Below, piece after piece: positions 27,230-41,842 of a DNA stretch of 64,000 bases (within the stretch, counting starts at the first letter, position 1; each line of letters opens with the position of its first letter). The position numbers and the translations under genes were made by a program. This DNA is from Eledone cirrhosa (Eukaryota), in the NCBI GenBank assembly GCA_964016885.1, contig OZ024755.1, positions 2,046,001-2,110,000 on the forward strand, written 5' to 3'. The notes beneath the pieces were generated by a model. That model searched no databases. It was not told the DNA's origin and worked only from the letters and a program-made list of their open reading frames with translations.

Positions 27230-29020
27230 TGTATACACTATACCATATATACACTATACTATATATATACACTATACCATATATACACTATACTATATAT
27301 ACACTATACCATATATACACTATACTATATATACACTATACCATATATACACTATACTATATATATACACTATACCATATATATACACTATACCATATAT
27401 ACACTATACTATGTATACACTATACTATATATATACACTATACCATATATACACTATACCATATATACACTATACTATATATATACACTATACCATATAT
27501 ATACACTATACTATATATACACTATACCATATATACACTATACTATATATACACTATACCATATATACACTATACCATATATACACTATACTATATATAT
27601 ACACTATACCATATATATACACTATACCATATATACACTATACTATATATACACTATACTATATATATACACTATACCATATATACACTATACTATATAT
27701 ATACACTATACCATATATACACTATACTATATATATACACTATACTATATATATACACTATACCATATATACACTATACTATATATACACTATACTATAT
27801 ATATACACTATACTATATATATATATATATACACTATACTATATATATACACTATAACATATATACACTATACCATATATATACACTATACTATATATAC
27901 ACTATACACTATACTATATATATACACTATACCATATATACACTATACCATATATACACTATACTATATATACACTATACTATATATACACTATACCATA
28001 TACACACTATACCATATATATACACTATACCATATATATACACTATACCATATATACACTATACCATATATACACTATACAATACATACACTAAACTATA
28101 TATACACTATACCATATATACACATATACTTGTATACACTATACACGCACAAGCCTGTATATACACATAGACACAAACCAGTCTATACTATATACACATA
28201 AACTAGTATATATACTATATACACACAAGCCACTATAAACTATATATACACACAAACTAATATACACTATATACCAGTATAGACTATATATACACCCAGA
28301 CCTATATACACTATATATACACCCAGACCTATATACACTATATATATACACCCAGACCTATATACACTATATATATACACCCAGACCTATATACACTATA
28401 TATACACCCAGACCTATATACACCCAGACCTATATACACTATATACACCCAGACCTATATATACACTATATATACACCCAGACCTATATATACACTATAT
28501 ATACACCCAGACCTATATATACACTATATATACACCCAGACCTATATATACACCATATATACACCCAGACCTATATATACACTATATATACACCCAGACC
28601 TATATATACACTATATATACACTATATATACACCCAGACCTATATATACACTATATATACACCCAGACCTATATATACACCATATATACACCCAGACCTA
28701 TATATACACCATATATACACCCAGACCTATATATACACTATATATATACACCCAGACCTATATATACACCATATATACACCCAGACCTATATATACATCA
28801 TATATACACCCAGACCTATATATACACCCAGACCTATATATACACCATATATACACCCAGACCTATATATACACTATATATACACCCAGACCTATATATA
28901 CACCATATATACACCCAGACCTATATATACACTATATATACACCCAGACCTATATATACACTATATATAAACCCAGACCTATATATACACCATATATACA
29001 CCCAGACCTATATATACACC
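27230..29020. repeat. Compound TATACAC-based satellite, then ~27-bp CCCAGACC-TA repeat
   Basis: TATACACTATAC(C/T)ATA modules 27230-28140; TACACCCAGACCTATATATACAC modules 28290-29020. Confidence 0.9.
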
Positions 29021-29997
29021 ATTGGCTACTAAAGACAGTCTAGCAATTATCCAATTTCTTTCCATTTTGTCATGAGAGGTGATGAAAGGAATGGAAGAGT
29101 GACAGAGATAGAATGGAGAGATATGGTAGAGTTCAAACAACAGATCTTTGGTCATTGAATGATGCACAAAGTAGTCCAACGACAAACGGTAGATGGCTGG
29201 AGGCTATAGTCTACAATGACCATAAAGAGCACCACTATTGACCATAAAAAGTAATTTGCCAGTCAAAATAATTAAGTTTTCTTGATGAGCTACACGACAC
29301 TCCAGCCATGCCCACCTCCCTCACACTTTTCTGTCCAAATATTTCACCCTTTTTCTCTCCCTTCATACCTACAAGCCCCCTCCCCCTCACACCTTGTTTT
29401 TATGTCTTTGAGCAGTCTCATATCTCCAGACATATTATACCATCAAAAGCCAGTGTCCAAATATTATATGACTTGGACATTGTTCAACTATTACCATTGG
29501 TTGCTGTGACACCACCACCACCACCACCACCACCACCACCACAACACCACCAAAACCCACCACCACAATGCCAACCAAATGGAGGAACTCTTACCAATAT
29601 ATATTCAGTGTCAATCAAGCTTTTTTTTCTTGGTAATGGAGGTGGGGAGTGGGGGCTATCCAGGTTGTTATGGGGGCGAAACCAATTTAAAGAACATGAC
29701 CTGGGAATTTCTTTCAGGCCTTGCTTAAATGACAACAGCAACAACAAGAGTAGGAAGTTAAGGGAAAAAGATTCTTCCAAGAAAATAACTAATATTTACT
29801 CCCAATACAATTCCTTAAGGAGACATATAACTCCCAATTCCTTCTACAATAAAAGGGGTCTTGGAGAAATATAGAAATATGAGAGGTCAGTCAGTTGACA
29901 CCTCGCACTTGCATTCTCTTATATGATGACATGGCTAGAAATAAAAAAAAAATTGAATAAAATAAAAAAATATTACAATTAAAGGGAAACCTAGAAA

Positions 29998-30230
29998 GGA
30001 GGTGAGTGGCCAAGTGGTTAGGGTGTTGGACTTACAATCATAATGTTACAGGTTCAATTCCTGGACAGGGTTCTGTGTTGTGTTCTTGAGCAAAAACACT
30101 TCATTTCACATTGCTCCAGTGTATTCAGCTGAAATTGAGTACCAGTAATAGCTGGGGGTTTAACTCTGCAATGGACTGGTGTCCTGTCCAGGGTAAGACA
30201 GTCTTGTACTGTCAGTTGCTTCATGCCGCA
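29998..30230 (+). mobile_element. tRNA-derived SINE (second family)
   Basis: A-box TGGCCAAGTGGTTAGG, B-box GGTTCAATTCC, body TTGTGTTCTTGAGCAAAAACACTT...GCAATGGACTGGTGTCCTGTCCAGGG. Confidence 0.8.
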
Positions 30231-30284
30231 TACATAGGCATACATATAAACACACCAACACATACAGACACACACACACACGAC

Positions 30285-30341
<57 letters not shown>

Positions 30342-30911
30342 CTATTCAAATTTTCCATGTCCCTATGTGCAGAAAGAGGGATCATTTTTATGAGAAGGAA
30401 CAGTAAGAGAGGGGGGAACAGTGGGGGACAGATAGGGAAAATCTCAGAGAAATGGAAGAAGAAAAAATGAAAGAAACTCTTGGACTAAAATAATGGAAAA
30501 ACCTTGTCTTAGATGATTGAAGAGAGAGAGAGAGAGAGAGAGGGGAGAGAGAGAGAGAGAGGGGGGAGAAAGAGAGAGGGGGGAGAAAGAGAGAGAGGGG
30601 AGAAAGAGAGAGAGGGGAGAAAGAGAGGGGGAGAGGAGAGAGAGAGAGGTGAGAGAAAGGAAGGAAGAGGGTAAAAAAGAAATTAAAAACAATAAAAAAA
30701 ATTTGAAAAATGATATAGTAAAAAAAAAACTATTTTACACACACTCACACGTGTGTGTGTGTATACATATATGTGTGTGTGTGTGTGTGTGTACATATAT
30801 ATGATGTAGAGGAGAGTAGGGAGAAAGAAAGAGGAAGAGAGAGCAATAAAAGGAGATTGAGTGAATGTATGTGAATATATATATATGTATATGTATATAT
30901 ATATATAAATA

Positions 30912-30944
<33 letters not shown>

Positions 30945-31235
30945 GTAAATAAATAAAAGAAAGCAACAAATAAAACATACTTAGAAAAGAAATACAAGTG
31001 GTAACTTGATGAGAAGAGTAAATAAAATGTAAAGTTGATCACCAGAACCATTTGTCAAGCGAAGCACGGACAGAAAATAACATTTTCTAACTTAGGAAAA
31101 CAACAAAATCCCAGATCACAAACTATTGTGGAGGCCTCTTCAGTTTTTTAATGTATGTATGTACTTATGTAGAAATGGGTCTATGTGTTTGTGTACATAT
31201 GTGTTTGTGTGTGTGTGTATATATAGGTATATATG

Positions 31236-31309
<74 letters not shown>

Positions 31310-31342
31310 GATTTGTATATATATATATATATATATATATAA

Positions 31343-31387
<45 letters not shown>

Positions 31388-31534
31388 GATTTGTATATAT
31401 ATATATATAAATATATATATATATATGTGTGTGTGTGTATATAGATTTGTATATATATATATATATGTGTGTGTGTGTATAGATATATATATGTATATAT
31501 ATATGTGTATGTATATTTGTGTGTGTGTGTGTGT

Positions 31535-31570
<36 letters not shown>

Positions 31571-31889
31571 ATGTGTATATACATATGTGTGTGTGTGTGT
31601 TACACGTTGGCCTTTCTGTTTAGCGAAAGCAGCATCGTTGTGTCTTGATTTTGCTTTAAAACTTAATTCTTTAGTCTTTCTGTTTCACATTTGATCACGA
31701 AGACACTCCACACAATGGTGAGACTGGCTTTACACTACCAGGGACTCTCCACACTATGGTATGGTGTCTTTATCTAACACCAGAGAAAGAAATGAGAGAA
31801 TAGGTGTATATACATATATACACATACAACACTGGAGGCTCTGAATGTAAAATTGGAGATTTGTTTCTATCTATTCTGAAAGAGAGGAA

Positions 31890-31931
<42 letters not shown>

Positions 31932-32654
31932 ACATATCCCTTTTTTTTAATTCCTGGATTAAAGTCTCCCCACACCACCACCACTAACCCTCCCACACCA
32001 CCACCACCACCACCTTTATATTCTCCAGCAATATCAGGCAGCAACCTAATACAGTGTTTTCTTTTTCACTCTTAAAATATTGCAATGAAAAATGACAACA
32101 ACAACAACATGAGTTACAATTTCAACAAGGACAACAACTGCAACAACACTAACAATTCCAACAACAACAGCAACAACAACAACAAGAATTACAATTATAA
32201 CAAGGGCAACAGCAACAACAACAACTACAATATGATTAACAATTCCAACATGGACAACAGCAAGAACAAGAGTTACAATTCCAACATGGACAACAGCAAC
32301 AACAAGAACAAGAGTTACAATTCCAACATGGACAATAGTAACAACAACAGCAACAACAGCCACAGTAATCTATCTTAGTCACTTTTCTTTCTAACTCTAA
32401 CACTTAAATCTAAACAACTCTCTAGCAACAGAGATACAAAGACAAACTTCTATAACAGAACATTGCAGTATTTTCTTTTGGCTAAAAATATGCACCATGA
32501 ACATCTTTCAGATGAGGTGGGAGTACCATATATATATTGGTAAACGGAATAGAAAATGCTGACAAATTGTTCACAGTTGAAAAATGGTTTAATTAGGAAT
32601 AAAAGAGTATTAGTGATTGTATGGGTTAGTATTCAGTTGTGGTTTTAAGTTTTT

Positions 32655-32732
32655 AAGTTTTTACCGGTTGCGCATTTCTAAATGCTTTTCAAAAATAATT
32701 TTGAGATAGAGTGTCCGTGCTGTTTGCTCTGA

Positions 32733-32737
<5 letters not shown>
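32655..32737 (-). mobile_element. Diverged family D copy with covarying hammerhead stem II
   Basis: Minus: GAGCAAACAGCACGGACACTCTATCTCAAAATTA-TTT-TTGAAAA-GCATT(TAGA)AATGC-GCAA-CCGGTA-AAAA, abutting (TA)n. Confidence 0.65.
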
Positions 32738-32814
<77 letters not shown>

Positions 32815-34145
32815 AGGGTAGTAGCTGACCTGCTCCAGAGAAGCTCCTTGCTGATGAAGCTACCGTTGGCTAATTACGTAATTTCTGTGCATGCCACTAC
32901 CATATGTACTGTCACCAGCAGATGAAGTAACAGAAACTAATGCATTAGTCAAATACCAGAAAATCAAATTTTCTACCTACATGAAATCACTTTACTATTT
33001 AACATTAGTGTATGTGTATGTATGTATGTATGTGTGTGTATGTGTCTATGTATGTATGTATATGTGTTTATGTATGTGTATGTGTGTTTATGTATATGTG
33101 TCTATGTATGTGTGAGTGAGTCTACCAGTAAAAGTACTATGTCAAGTTATGTCTCTCATGTTAACTTAGCCAGTCAATAAATAGAAATCAATACAATAAG
33201 ACGGTAGATCAATATGAGCAACTAAAAACTCCTTGAAGGCATTGCTCCAGCATGGCAGCAGTTCAATGACTGGGACAAATGAAAGAAAAACCACACACAC
33301 ACACACACACACACACAATTATAGCCCTACATAAACTACTGCATTAGATGCACATGTTTCTACCTATTTCAGCCTCATATGTAAATATATACACTCACTC
33401 ACTCGCACACCTTTTACATAAAAATACACTCATTCACTCCAACAAACACTCTTTTTCACTCCCACACCCACTGACACATACACACTCACACACTCCCAGA
33501 CAGAGAGAGAGAGAGAAAGAGAGAGACAGAGACAGAAAAGTATGTATCTGGAAAGAGAGAGAGAGAGATACAGAGAGAGCAGTATCTAGAAGAAAGGCAG
33601 TGTATTAAAGCCAGCTAAGAGAGAGAGAGAGAGAGAGAGAGAGGTAGAGAGAGAGAGAGAGGTATCTGGAAGTGTATTAAAGCCAGCTAATAAAGCGGGG
33701 TTGTGCAGATGTTATCAGCTTACCAGGGAAATACTGCAACAATGCTGCTTCTCTGAGAAGCTAGAATATAGAAGTTTTTGCCGCAAGCACACTGGTTTCT
33801 ACACACAGGAAGCCATCTGCAGATGTTGGTATTGGTAGTGGTGATGGTAGTGGTGGTGACAGTGGTAGTGTTAGTGATGGTGGTGGTGGTAGTAGTGGTA
33901 GCGAATTAAATTTGGTAAAAGGAACTAAACATACACTTTGTCATTTACACTCGCAGACTCATGTTATATACACATATATATATATATATCATATATATAT
34001 ATATATATATACACATATATATATATACACACATATATATATATATATATACACATATATATATATCATATATATATATATATATACACATATATATATA
34101 TCATATATATATATATCATCATCATCATATATATATATATATTTA

Positions 34146-34342
34146 TAGGAAAATCTTTAACCCCGACGGCAGAGCTCAAGCCGTTTTGATGGCTATTTCA
34201 GTCCAGAAATAGCTGTCGAAGCAGCTTGAGCTCTGCTGTTGTGGTTAAACATTTTCCTATTACCCACTCTACTACCCTAAGTATTGAGTACTCTGGTGCA
34301 TTATGGTCCACCTGGTTCCTTACCACACTTCCTTCGTTATAT
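34146..34342 (+). mobile_element. Family C fold-back element in (TA)n
   Basis: Inverted arms 34146-34199 and 34201-34260, then shared tail CCCACTCTACTACCCTAAGTATTGAG... Confidence 0.85.
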
Positions 34343-34384
34343 ATATACTGCCCTGTCTTAACCCCCTCCCACCCCACACACAAA

Positions 34385-34865
34385 AAAAAGAATATATCCA
34401 CAGACATGTTAGAATTGGGATTTACATGCACTGGAAGTTATGCAAAACACTACAAAATACCAACAGAAAAAAGATGATACAGTGATACAGACACACCTGA
34501 GAAAAAGGTGTGAAAGAATGACCAAGCAATCATACTCTAGTATATACCAATACACAGGCGGGAGATCAAAGCCAACCAGCCAGATATTATAGTCAAAGAC
34601 CACAAAGAAAAATAAATCTTTTAATTGAATTGTCAATCCCCACTAGACGACAATATATCTTCCAAGGAAATGGAGAAAATATCCAAATATAAAGATCTAG
34701 AGATAGAAATAACTCGAATGTGGATAATGAAAACAGAATGACTATCGATAATAATAGGTGTTCTGGGAATGATAAAAAAGTCACACAGACAAATACGTAA
34801 CCAAAACCCCAGGACTTACAAATATATACAACATATGAGAAATAGCAGTACTAGGCACTGCACCA
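34385..34865 (+). mobile_element. Decayed R4/Dong-like non-LTR element, C-terminal RLE region
   Basis: Frameshifted YIHRHVRIGIYMHWKLCKHYKIPTEKR...IPIHT.REIKANQPDIIVKDHKE...KISKYKDLEIEITRMW...IIIGVLGMIKK (RH motif and PD-xxD restriction-like endonuclease). Confidence 0.8.
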
Positions 34866-35779
34866 TGTTGGCCTTCAAGAAGGGCTTCTCAGAGAAATGT
34901 TGCTTCCAGGTTGCTGGATGGTGGAGCCCCTCTCAGAACTCAAGGTGGTAGGGTTGGGACTGAGTGGTGATTGTTGAGGTGGGTTGATGTTAGATATTCA
35001 AGAGGGTAGGGCCTCCATCACACTCAAGATCTTGGACCAGCGTCAACCCTTTATTATTGAGAAGGTCCAGGCCTTCACAATAAAGAGTCTGGTTTGTTTA
35101 TATTTAGATTATATATATATATATATATACATATATACAGTTTCCATACCATAAATACACAGTACACAATATTTCAGTATGTATACATAGTACACACATA
35201 CTTACACACAAGAGTGTCTTACTACATACACAAACACACACACACATATATATATATACACACACATATATACACATATACAGTTACACTTACACACAAG
35301 AGTGTCTTACCATTTATATATATATACACAAAGACAGACATATATACACACATATACAAGAAAGAGAGAGAGAGAGAGAGGGGAGAGAGAGAGAGAGAGG
35401 GGGGTAAGAGAGAGAGAGAGAGAGAGACATAGACCACTTTGTCTTTAACACAGGAAATGATGTGGAAGAATTCAATTAGGACAATAATATGTTGGGTTTA
35501 CCATTTAGATACAACTGCAGCTGGTATAGTGATGGTGGTGTGGTGGTGGTGTGGTGTAGTGATGGTATGGTGGTGTGGTGTGGTGTGGTAGTATGGTGGG
35601 GTGGTGTAGTGATGGTATGGTGGTGTGGTGGTGGGGTGGTGATGGGGATGTGGTATAGTGATGGTGTGGTGGTACGGTGGGAGGAATAGAGGGAGGAATG
35701 GTGGTGGTGGTGGTGGGGGGGGATGAAGAGGAGGAGAGAGAGAAATGGTTGGAACATCAGAGTTTGGATGGGTGGGTGG

Positions 35780-36402
35780 TATGTAAGTATGGATCAGGTA
35801 GATGGACCCTGACTCAAGAACTTGAGAGAAAACTAAATGGTTGTACAAAACGTATTACAAATGAAAATTTATACGGAAACTTGCCCAAGATAACAACTAC
35901 AATTGCTCGAAGATGGTTAATATTTCTAGGACATTGCTGGAGAAGTAAGCAGGGAGTTATACACAAGTTACTATTGTTGGAACTCATGGGAGACACAGTA
36001 GAGGAAGTTATACACAAGTTACTGTCGTGGGAACCCATGGGAGACAGTAGAGGAAGTTATACACAAGTAACTATTGTGGGAACTCATGGGAGACACAGTA
36101 GAGGAAGTTATACACAAGTTACTATTGTGGAAACCAACCCATGGGAGACAGTAGAGGAAGTTATACACAAGTTACTATTGTGGGAACTCATGGGAGACAC
36201 AGTAGAGGAAGTTATACACAAGTTACTATTGTGGGAAGTCATGGGAGACACAGTAGAGGAAGACCTGTGGGAATCTTCATCGATCAACTCTCAGACAATA
36301 CAAACCTTAGTAAGGAACAGTTGCCAGGAGGAATGGACAATGGTGAATTGTGGAGAGAGACTTTGACAGGAATATTGGACTGAGGTGATGATGATGATGA
36401 TT
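35780..36402 (+). mobile_element. RTE-type LINE 3' end with internal ~48-bp tandem amplification and (GAT)n tail
   Basis: WTLTQELERKLNGC..TNENLYGNLPKITTTIARR..FLGHCWR..HKLLLWE..HGRHSRGRP..FIDQL..MDNGELWRE. Confidence 0.85.
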
Positions 36403-36749
36403 AGAAGTAGTAGTGCTGATATCTACACAAAGCTATGAGTGTAATAACAAACATCACTAACAATATAGGAATGAGATAAAACTGTACAGCAATGGTGATA
36501 TGGTAAGAGTTGATATGTGACAATATTAAACAAATGTAGATTTGTGTGTGTGTATATATATATAAATATATATGGACATATAAATATGCATACATACATC
36601 AAAACATATACACATACATATTATATATCTATATCTACACACATACATACAGCCAAGAATATACACATACATACATATAATATATCTTATATCTACACAT
36701 ATATACATTCATCAATGCATACACACACATGCACATTATATATATAACG

Positions 36750-36943
36750 TGGGGCAGTGGATTGGCAGTATCGGTAGAGGGTTGGACGCCATGCTTTGCA
36801 GCATAGAGTTACAATCCTTTACAGTCTGAGTTCAAATCCCGCCGAGGTTAACCTTGCTTTTCATCCTTATGGGGTTGATAAAATAAAGTACCAGTAATAC
36901 ACTGGGATAATTGCTGGCCTTGTGCCAAAAGTAGAAACAATTA
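36750..36943 (+). mobile_element. tRNA-derived SINE (S1)
   Basis: Full-length match to 3473-3660. Confidence 0.9.
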
Positions 36944-37175
36944 TATATATATATATACATATATAAAATCCAGGTCTAGCAAATAGAGAAAAAGTTTTAT
37001 ATATATATATATATATATATACATACACACACACCCACATATGTATATATATACATATATATAAATAGTTCTACAAAGACAAATATCTCTATATATATAT
37101 ATCCCTAAATACATGTAGATTTGAGTGAACTGGTGAGTGTTAGAGTACTTAACTAAGCTGGTATATCAGTGGATT

Positions 37176-37293
37176 GGAAGGTAAGAGAGAGGTGTCTCTC
37201 CTATGGAAGGTAAGAGAGAGGTGTCTCTCCTATGGAAGGTAAGAGAGAGGTGTCTCTCCTATGGAAGGTAAGAGAGAGGTGTCTCTCCTATGA
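37176..37293. repeat. 28-29-bp tandem repeat, 4 copies
   Basis: GGAAGGTAAGAGAGAGGTGTCTCTCCTAT. Confidence 0.9.
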
Positions 37294-37483
37294 AGTGATC
37301 AGAAGGTACTAGCTACATAGAAAGTTACAAGGGAATACCATTACTGACTCAATAGTAATTTAGCTTTAATAGTATTGATTCTCCTTGTATGGCACTTAAG
37401 CTGTCTTGGTATGCCAGTTCCATATCTTTTACACAATGCTCCCCTCCTCACACCGTCTCTTTGCCTATTTTTCTCCTACTGTT

Positions 37484-37575
<92 letters not shown>

Positions 37576-38094
37576 ATAATGTAGTTAGTTGTTGTAAGAC
37601 TTATTACCAATATGTTTTACAGGTTTCAAACATCTGATACAGACCTCTTCTATATGTAGAGTAGAGTGAAAATATATTTTATATTAATAACTGGTAGTTA
37701 CTTGCAATACAAGTTTCACCTTATGACTGAACACAACTGGCCAGTGGTAATCACCTATCCATTATTTATCCATGTAAACATACACATATACACATTATAT
37801 GTGCTTTAGTTCAATCATTGTTACTAAGGAGTTTTTTCTATTTCCTTATTAACCCTAACAATACCATGATTCTCTACAACCACAGCTAATCACATGACCA
37901 ATACACCACTAGTATGACCATTCGGATCCTGAAGATGGAACTGTGAAAACCTCGAAACGTTAATACACACATTTAGAAACACTACTGTTACAAACTCAGC
38001 ATAAACGACTGATATGGAAATATGAAATATCCCAAGTAAAAATGATAAAACTGGAGTACAGCTGTTTCCTTACACACACACACACATAAAAAAA

Positions 38095-39298
38095 AAGAAA
38101 GACACCCAGTCCACGCTGTAAAGTGGTCATGTAGGAGACACGTTAAAAAGACACCCAGTCCACACTGTAAAGTGGTCATGTAGGAGACACGGTAAAAAGA
38201 CACCCAGTTCACACTGTAAAGTGGTCATATAGGAGACACGATAAAAAGACACCCAGTCCACACTGTAAAGTGGTCATGTAGGAGACACGGTAAAAAGACA
38301 CCCAGTCCACACTGTAAAGTGGTCATGTAGGAGACACGGTAAAAAGGCTCCCAGTCCACACTGTAAAGTGGTCATGTAGGAGACACGGTAAAAAGGCTCC
38401 CAGTCCACACTGTAAAGTGGTCATGTAGGAGACACGGTAAAAAGACACCCAGTTCACACTGTAAAGTGGTCATATAGGAGACACGATAAAAAGACACCCA
38501 GTCCACACTGTAAAGTGGTCATGTAGGAGACACGGTAAAAAGACACCCAGTCCACACTGTAAAGTGGTCATGTAGGAGACACGGTAAAAAGGCTCCCAGT
38601 CCACACTGTAAAGTGGTCATGTAGGAGACACGGTAAAAAGACACCCAGTTCACACTGTAAAGTGGTCATATAGGAGACACGATAAAAAGACACCCAGTCC
38701 ACACTGTAAAGTGGTCATGTAGGAGACACGGTAAAAAGACACCCAGTTCACACTGTAAAGTGGTCATATAGGAGACACGATAAAAAGACACCCAGTCCAC
38801 ACTGTAAAGTGGTCATGTAGGAGACACGGTAAAAAGACACCCAGTCCACACTGTAAAGTGGTCATGTAGGAGACACGGTAAAAAGGCTCCCAGTCCACAC
38901 TGTAAAGTGGTCATGTAGGAGACACGGTAAAAAGGCTCCCAGTCCACACTGTAAAGTGGTCATGTAGGAGACACGGTAAAAAGACACCCAGTTCACACTG
39001 TAAAGTGGTCATATAGGAGACACGATAAAAAGACACCCAGTCCACACTGTAAAGTGGTCATGTAGGAGACACGGTAAAAAGACACCCAGTCCACACTGTA
39101 AAGTGGTCATGTAGGAGACACGGTAAAAAGGCTCCCAGTCCACACTGTAAAGTGGTCATGTAGGAGACACGGTAAAAAGGCTCCCAGTCCACACTGTAAA
39201 GTGGTCATGTAGGAGACACAGTAAAAAGGCTCCCAGTCCACACTGTAAAGTGGTCATGTAGGAGACACAGTAAAAAGGCTCCCAGTCCACACTGTAAA
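38095..39298. repeat. 49-bp minisatellite, ~24 copies, amplified from an RTE-tailed SINE segment
   Basis: AAAAAGACACCCAGTCCACACTGTAAAGTGGTCATGTAGGAGACACGGT; last unit continues into the SINE tail. Confidence 0.95.
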
Positions 39299-39455
39299 TG
39301 TGGTTGGTGTTAAGAAGGGCATCCAGCCGTTGAAAACCTGCCAGATAGTCCTATATGAGCGAGACATGTCCACCCGACCAATCTTGCCTCAAGTGGGACA
39401 ACTCCCGTCTAACCCATGCTAGCGTGGAAGATAGGCGTTAAATGATGATGATGAG
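39290..39455 (+). mobile_element. 3' end of RTE-tailed SINE/LINE
   Basis: GGTTGGTGTTAAGAAGGGCATCCAGCC...AACCCATGCTAGCGTGGAA...TTAAATGATGATG; homologous to 44068-44445 (minus) and 51983-52120. Confidence 0.8.
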
Positions 39456-39688
39456 GGTGATGATATATATATATATATACACACAGGCACACATGTATAT
39501 ACAGACACACATATGTATACACACACAGGCACACATATATGTACACATAGACACACATATATACTCACATATACATATATATATACACACCCATATAAAT
39601 ATTATATATACACACACACACACCTGTATACACATACATATATACTCACACATATATATATATATATGTACAGCCACATATATGTATG

Positions 39689-39749
<61 letters not shown>

Positions 39750-39816
39750 CACTTTTCCAACTCCAAGAAATCTACTTACTAAATATATCTAAGTTAATGC
39801 CTTCTGTGTGCTCTAT

Positions 39817-40490
39817 GTACTAATATATAGTAAAATACTATGGTAGTACTAATATATAGTAAAATACTATGGTAGTACTAATATATAGTAAAATACTATG
39901 GTAGTACTAATATATAGTAAAATACTATGGTAGTACTAATATATAGTAAAATACTATGGTAGTACTAATATATAGTAAAATACTATGGTAGTACTAATAT
40001 ATAGTAAAATACTATGGTAGTACTAATATATAGTAAAATACTATGGTAGTACTAATATATAGTAAAATACTATGGTAGTACTAATATATAGTAAAATACT
40101 ATGGTAGTACTAATATATAGTAAAATACTATGGTAGTACTAATATATAGTAAAATACTATGGTAGTACTAATATATAGTAAAATACTATGGTAGTACTAA
40201 TATATAGTAAAATACTATGGTAGTACTAATATATAGTAAAATACTATGGTAGTACTAATATATAGTAAAATACTATGGTAGTACTAATATATAGTAAAAT
40301 ACTATGGTAGTACTAATATATAGTAAAATACTACGGTAGTACTAATATATAGTAAAATACTATGGTAGTACTAATATATAGTAAAATACTATGGTAGTAC
40401 TAATATATAGTAAATGACTATGATAGTACTAATAAATAGTAAAATACAATGATAGTACTAATAAATAGCAAAATACTATCGTAGTACTAA
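39817..40490. repeat. 29-bp minisatellite, ~23 copies
   Basis: GTACTAATATATAGTAAAATACTATGGTA. Confidence 0.96.
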
Positions 40491-40625
40491 TGGTACATTA
40501 ATAATTGTCTTAAGTTGACAACTAGTAAGCTTTTTAGTCTTTCCTATGAGATTCTACACCATTAAGAAGTCTCTCATCTAGACAGGTGGGATTTACTGAT
40601 TGATAAACCACCTATTTTATGGCTG

Positions 40626-40674
<49 letters not shown>

Positions 40675-40711
40675 TACACATATATACAGGCAAATGTACT
40701 TATATGTGTAA

Positions 40712-40755
<44 letters not shown>

Positions 40756-40886
40756 TACATACATATTTTACATGTATATACATATATACACACATACAGG
40801 CAAATGTATATATATATTTATTACATATATATTAAATGTATATACATATATATACACACATACAGGCAAACATATTTATTTGCATG

Positions 40887-40917
<31 letters not shown>

Positions 40918-40941
40918 TATGCATGCATGCATGTATGTATG

Positions 40942-41075
40942 TAAAAGGTAAACAGAAATAACAAAAACACCACAGTACATGGAAAAAATATATTAGTTTA
41001 ATGCTTGGAATAACAGGAAGAAAGTCTCACGTTTCGGACACTAGTCCTTCATCAGAAGATAGAGTTATAAATAGA
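40942..41075 (-). mobile_element. Family A fragment with hammerhead at 41025-41059
   Basis: Minus UCUU-CUGAUGA-a-GGAC(UAGU)GUCC-GAAACGUG-AGA; cleavage-site base appears mutated. Confidence 0.72.
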
Positions 41076-41453
41076 AGACAAATAGAAAGTAAAAAGTGAT
41101 GAGAGGAAGAAACGAGAGGAGGGGGGGGGGGGGGGGGGGTGGGGCAGGAGAAAAAAAAACACATACATATATATATATATATACACACAAAAACTCAGAA
41201 ATACACACTCAAAATGTGTGAGAGAGAGAGAAGCTGTGTAATAGAAAGGAGAGAGAGAGAGAGGTTGAGGAGGAGATGAGGACAATAGGGAAGGTATATA
41301 TATATATATAGAGAGAGAGAGAGACAGAGAGCAAGTTGGGACCGACAGCTGAGCTCTTGCTGCTTCAACACCTAGTTCCATATATATATATATATATATT
41401 ATTCACACACATTAACACACACACATTAACACACACATACACACACCTTATTA

Positions 41454-41503
<50 letters not shown>

Positions 41504-41721
41504 GTGTGTGTGTGTGTGTGTGTGTCTAAAGATATAGTAGAGGTGAGAAGAAGACCTTTATCAGCCTACAGTCCTGTACTTCCTGTACTTCCTGTTCCCA
41601 CACTGTCATGGCTGCTTTGACAAACCTCAAGTCTCACCTGTAATTCTCACCTCTTCCTTCCTCCTCTCTCTTACACCTCACCACCACCACCACTACAACC
41701 ATCTCAGCCAGGACTCCTCAA

Positions 41722-41753
<32 letters not shown>

Positions 41754-41811
41754 ATAATAATACCACCACCTCCAAGAAGACTACCATCATCACCACCACC
41801 ACCATCAGTTG

Positions 41812-41842
<31 letters not shown>

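Noticed and set aside
32085-32378. Asn-rich prion-like ORF
   Set aside because: (AAC)n-derived cryptic repeat without gene context
33724-33816. Minus-strand exon-like segment ending in GTAAGC
   Set aside because: Weak acceptor; unrecognisable peptide
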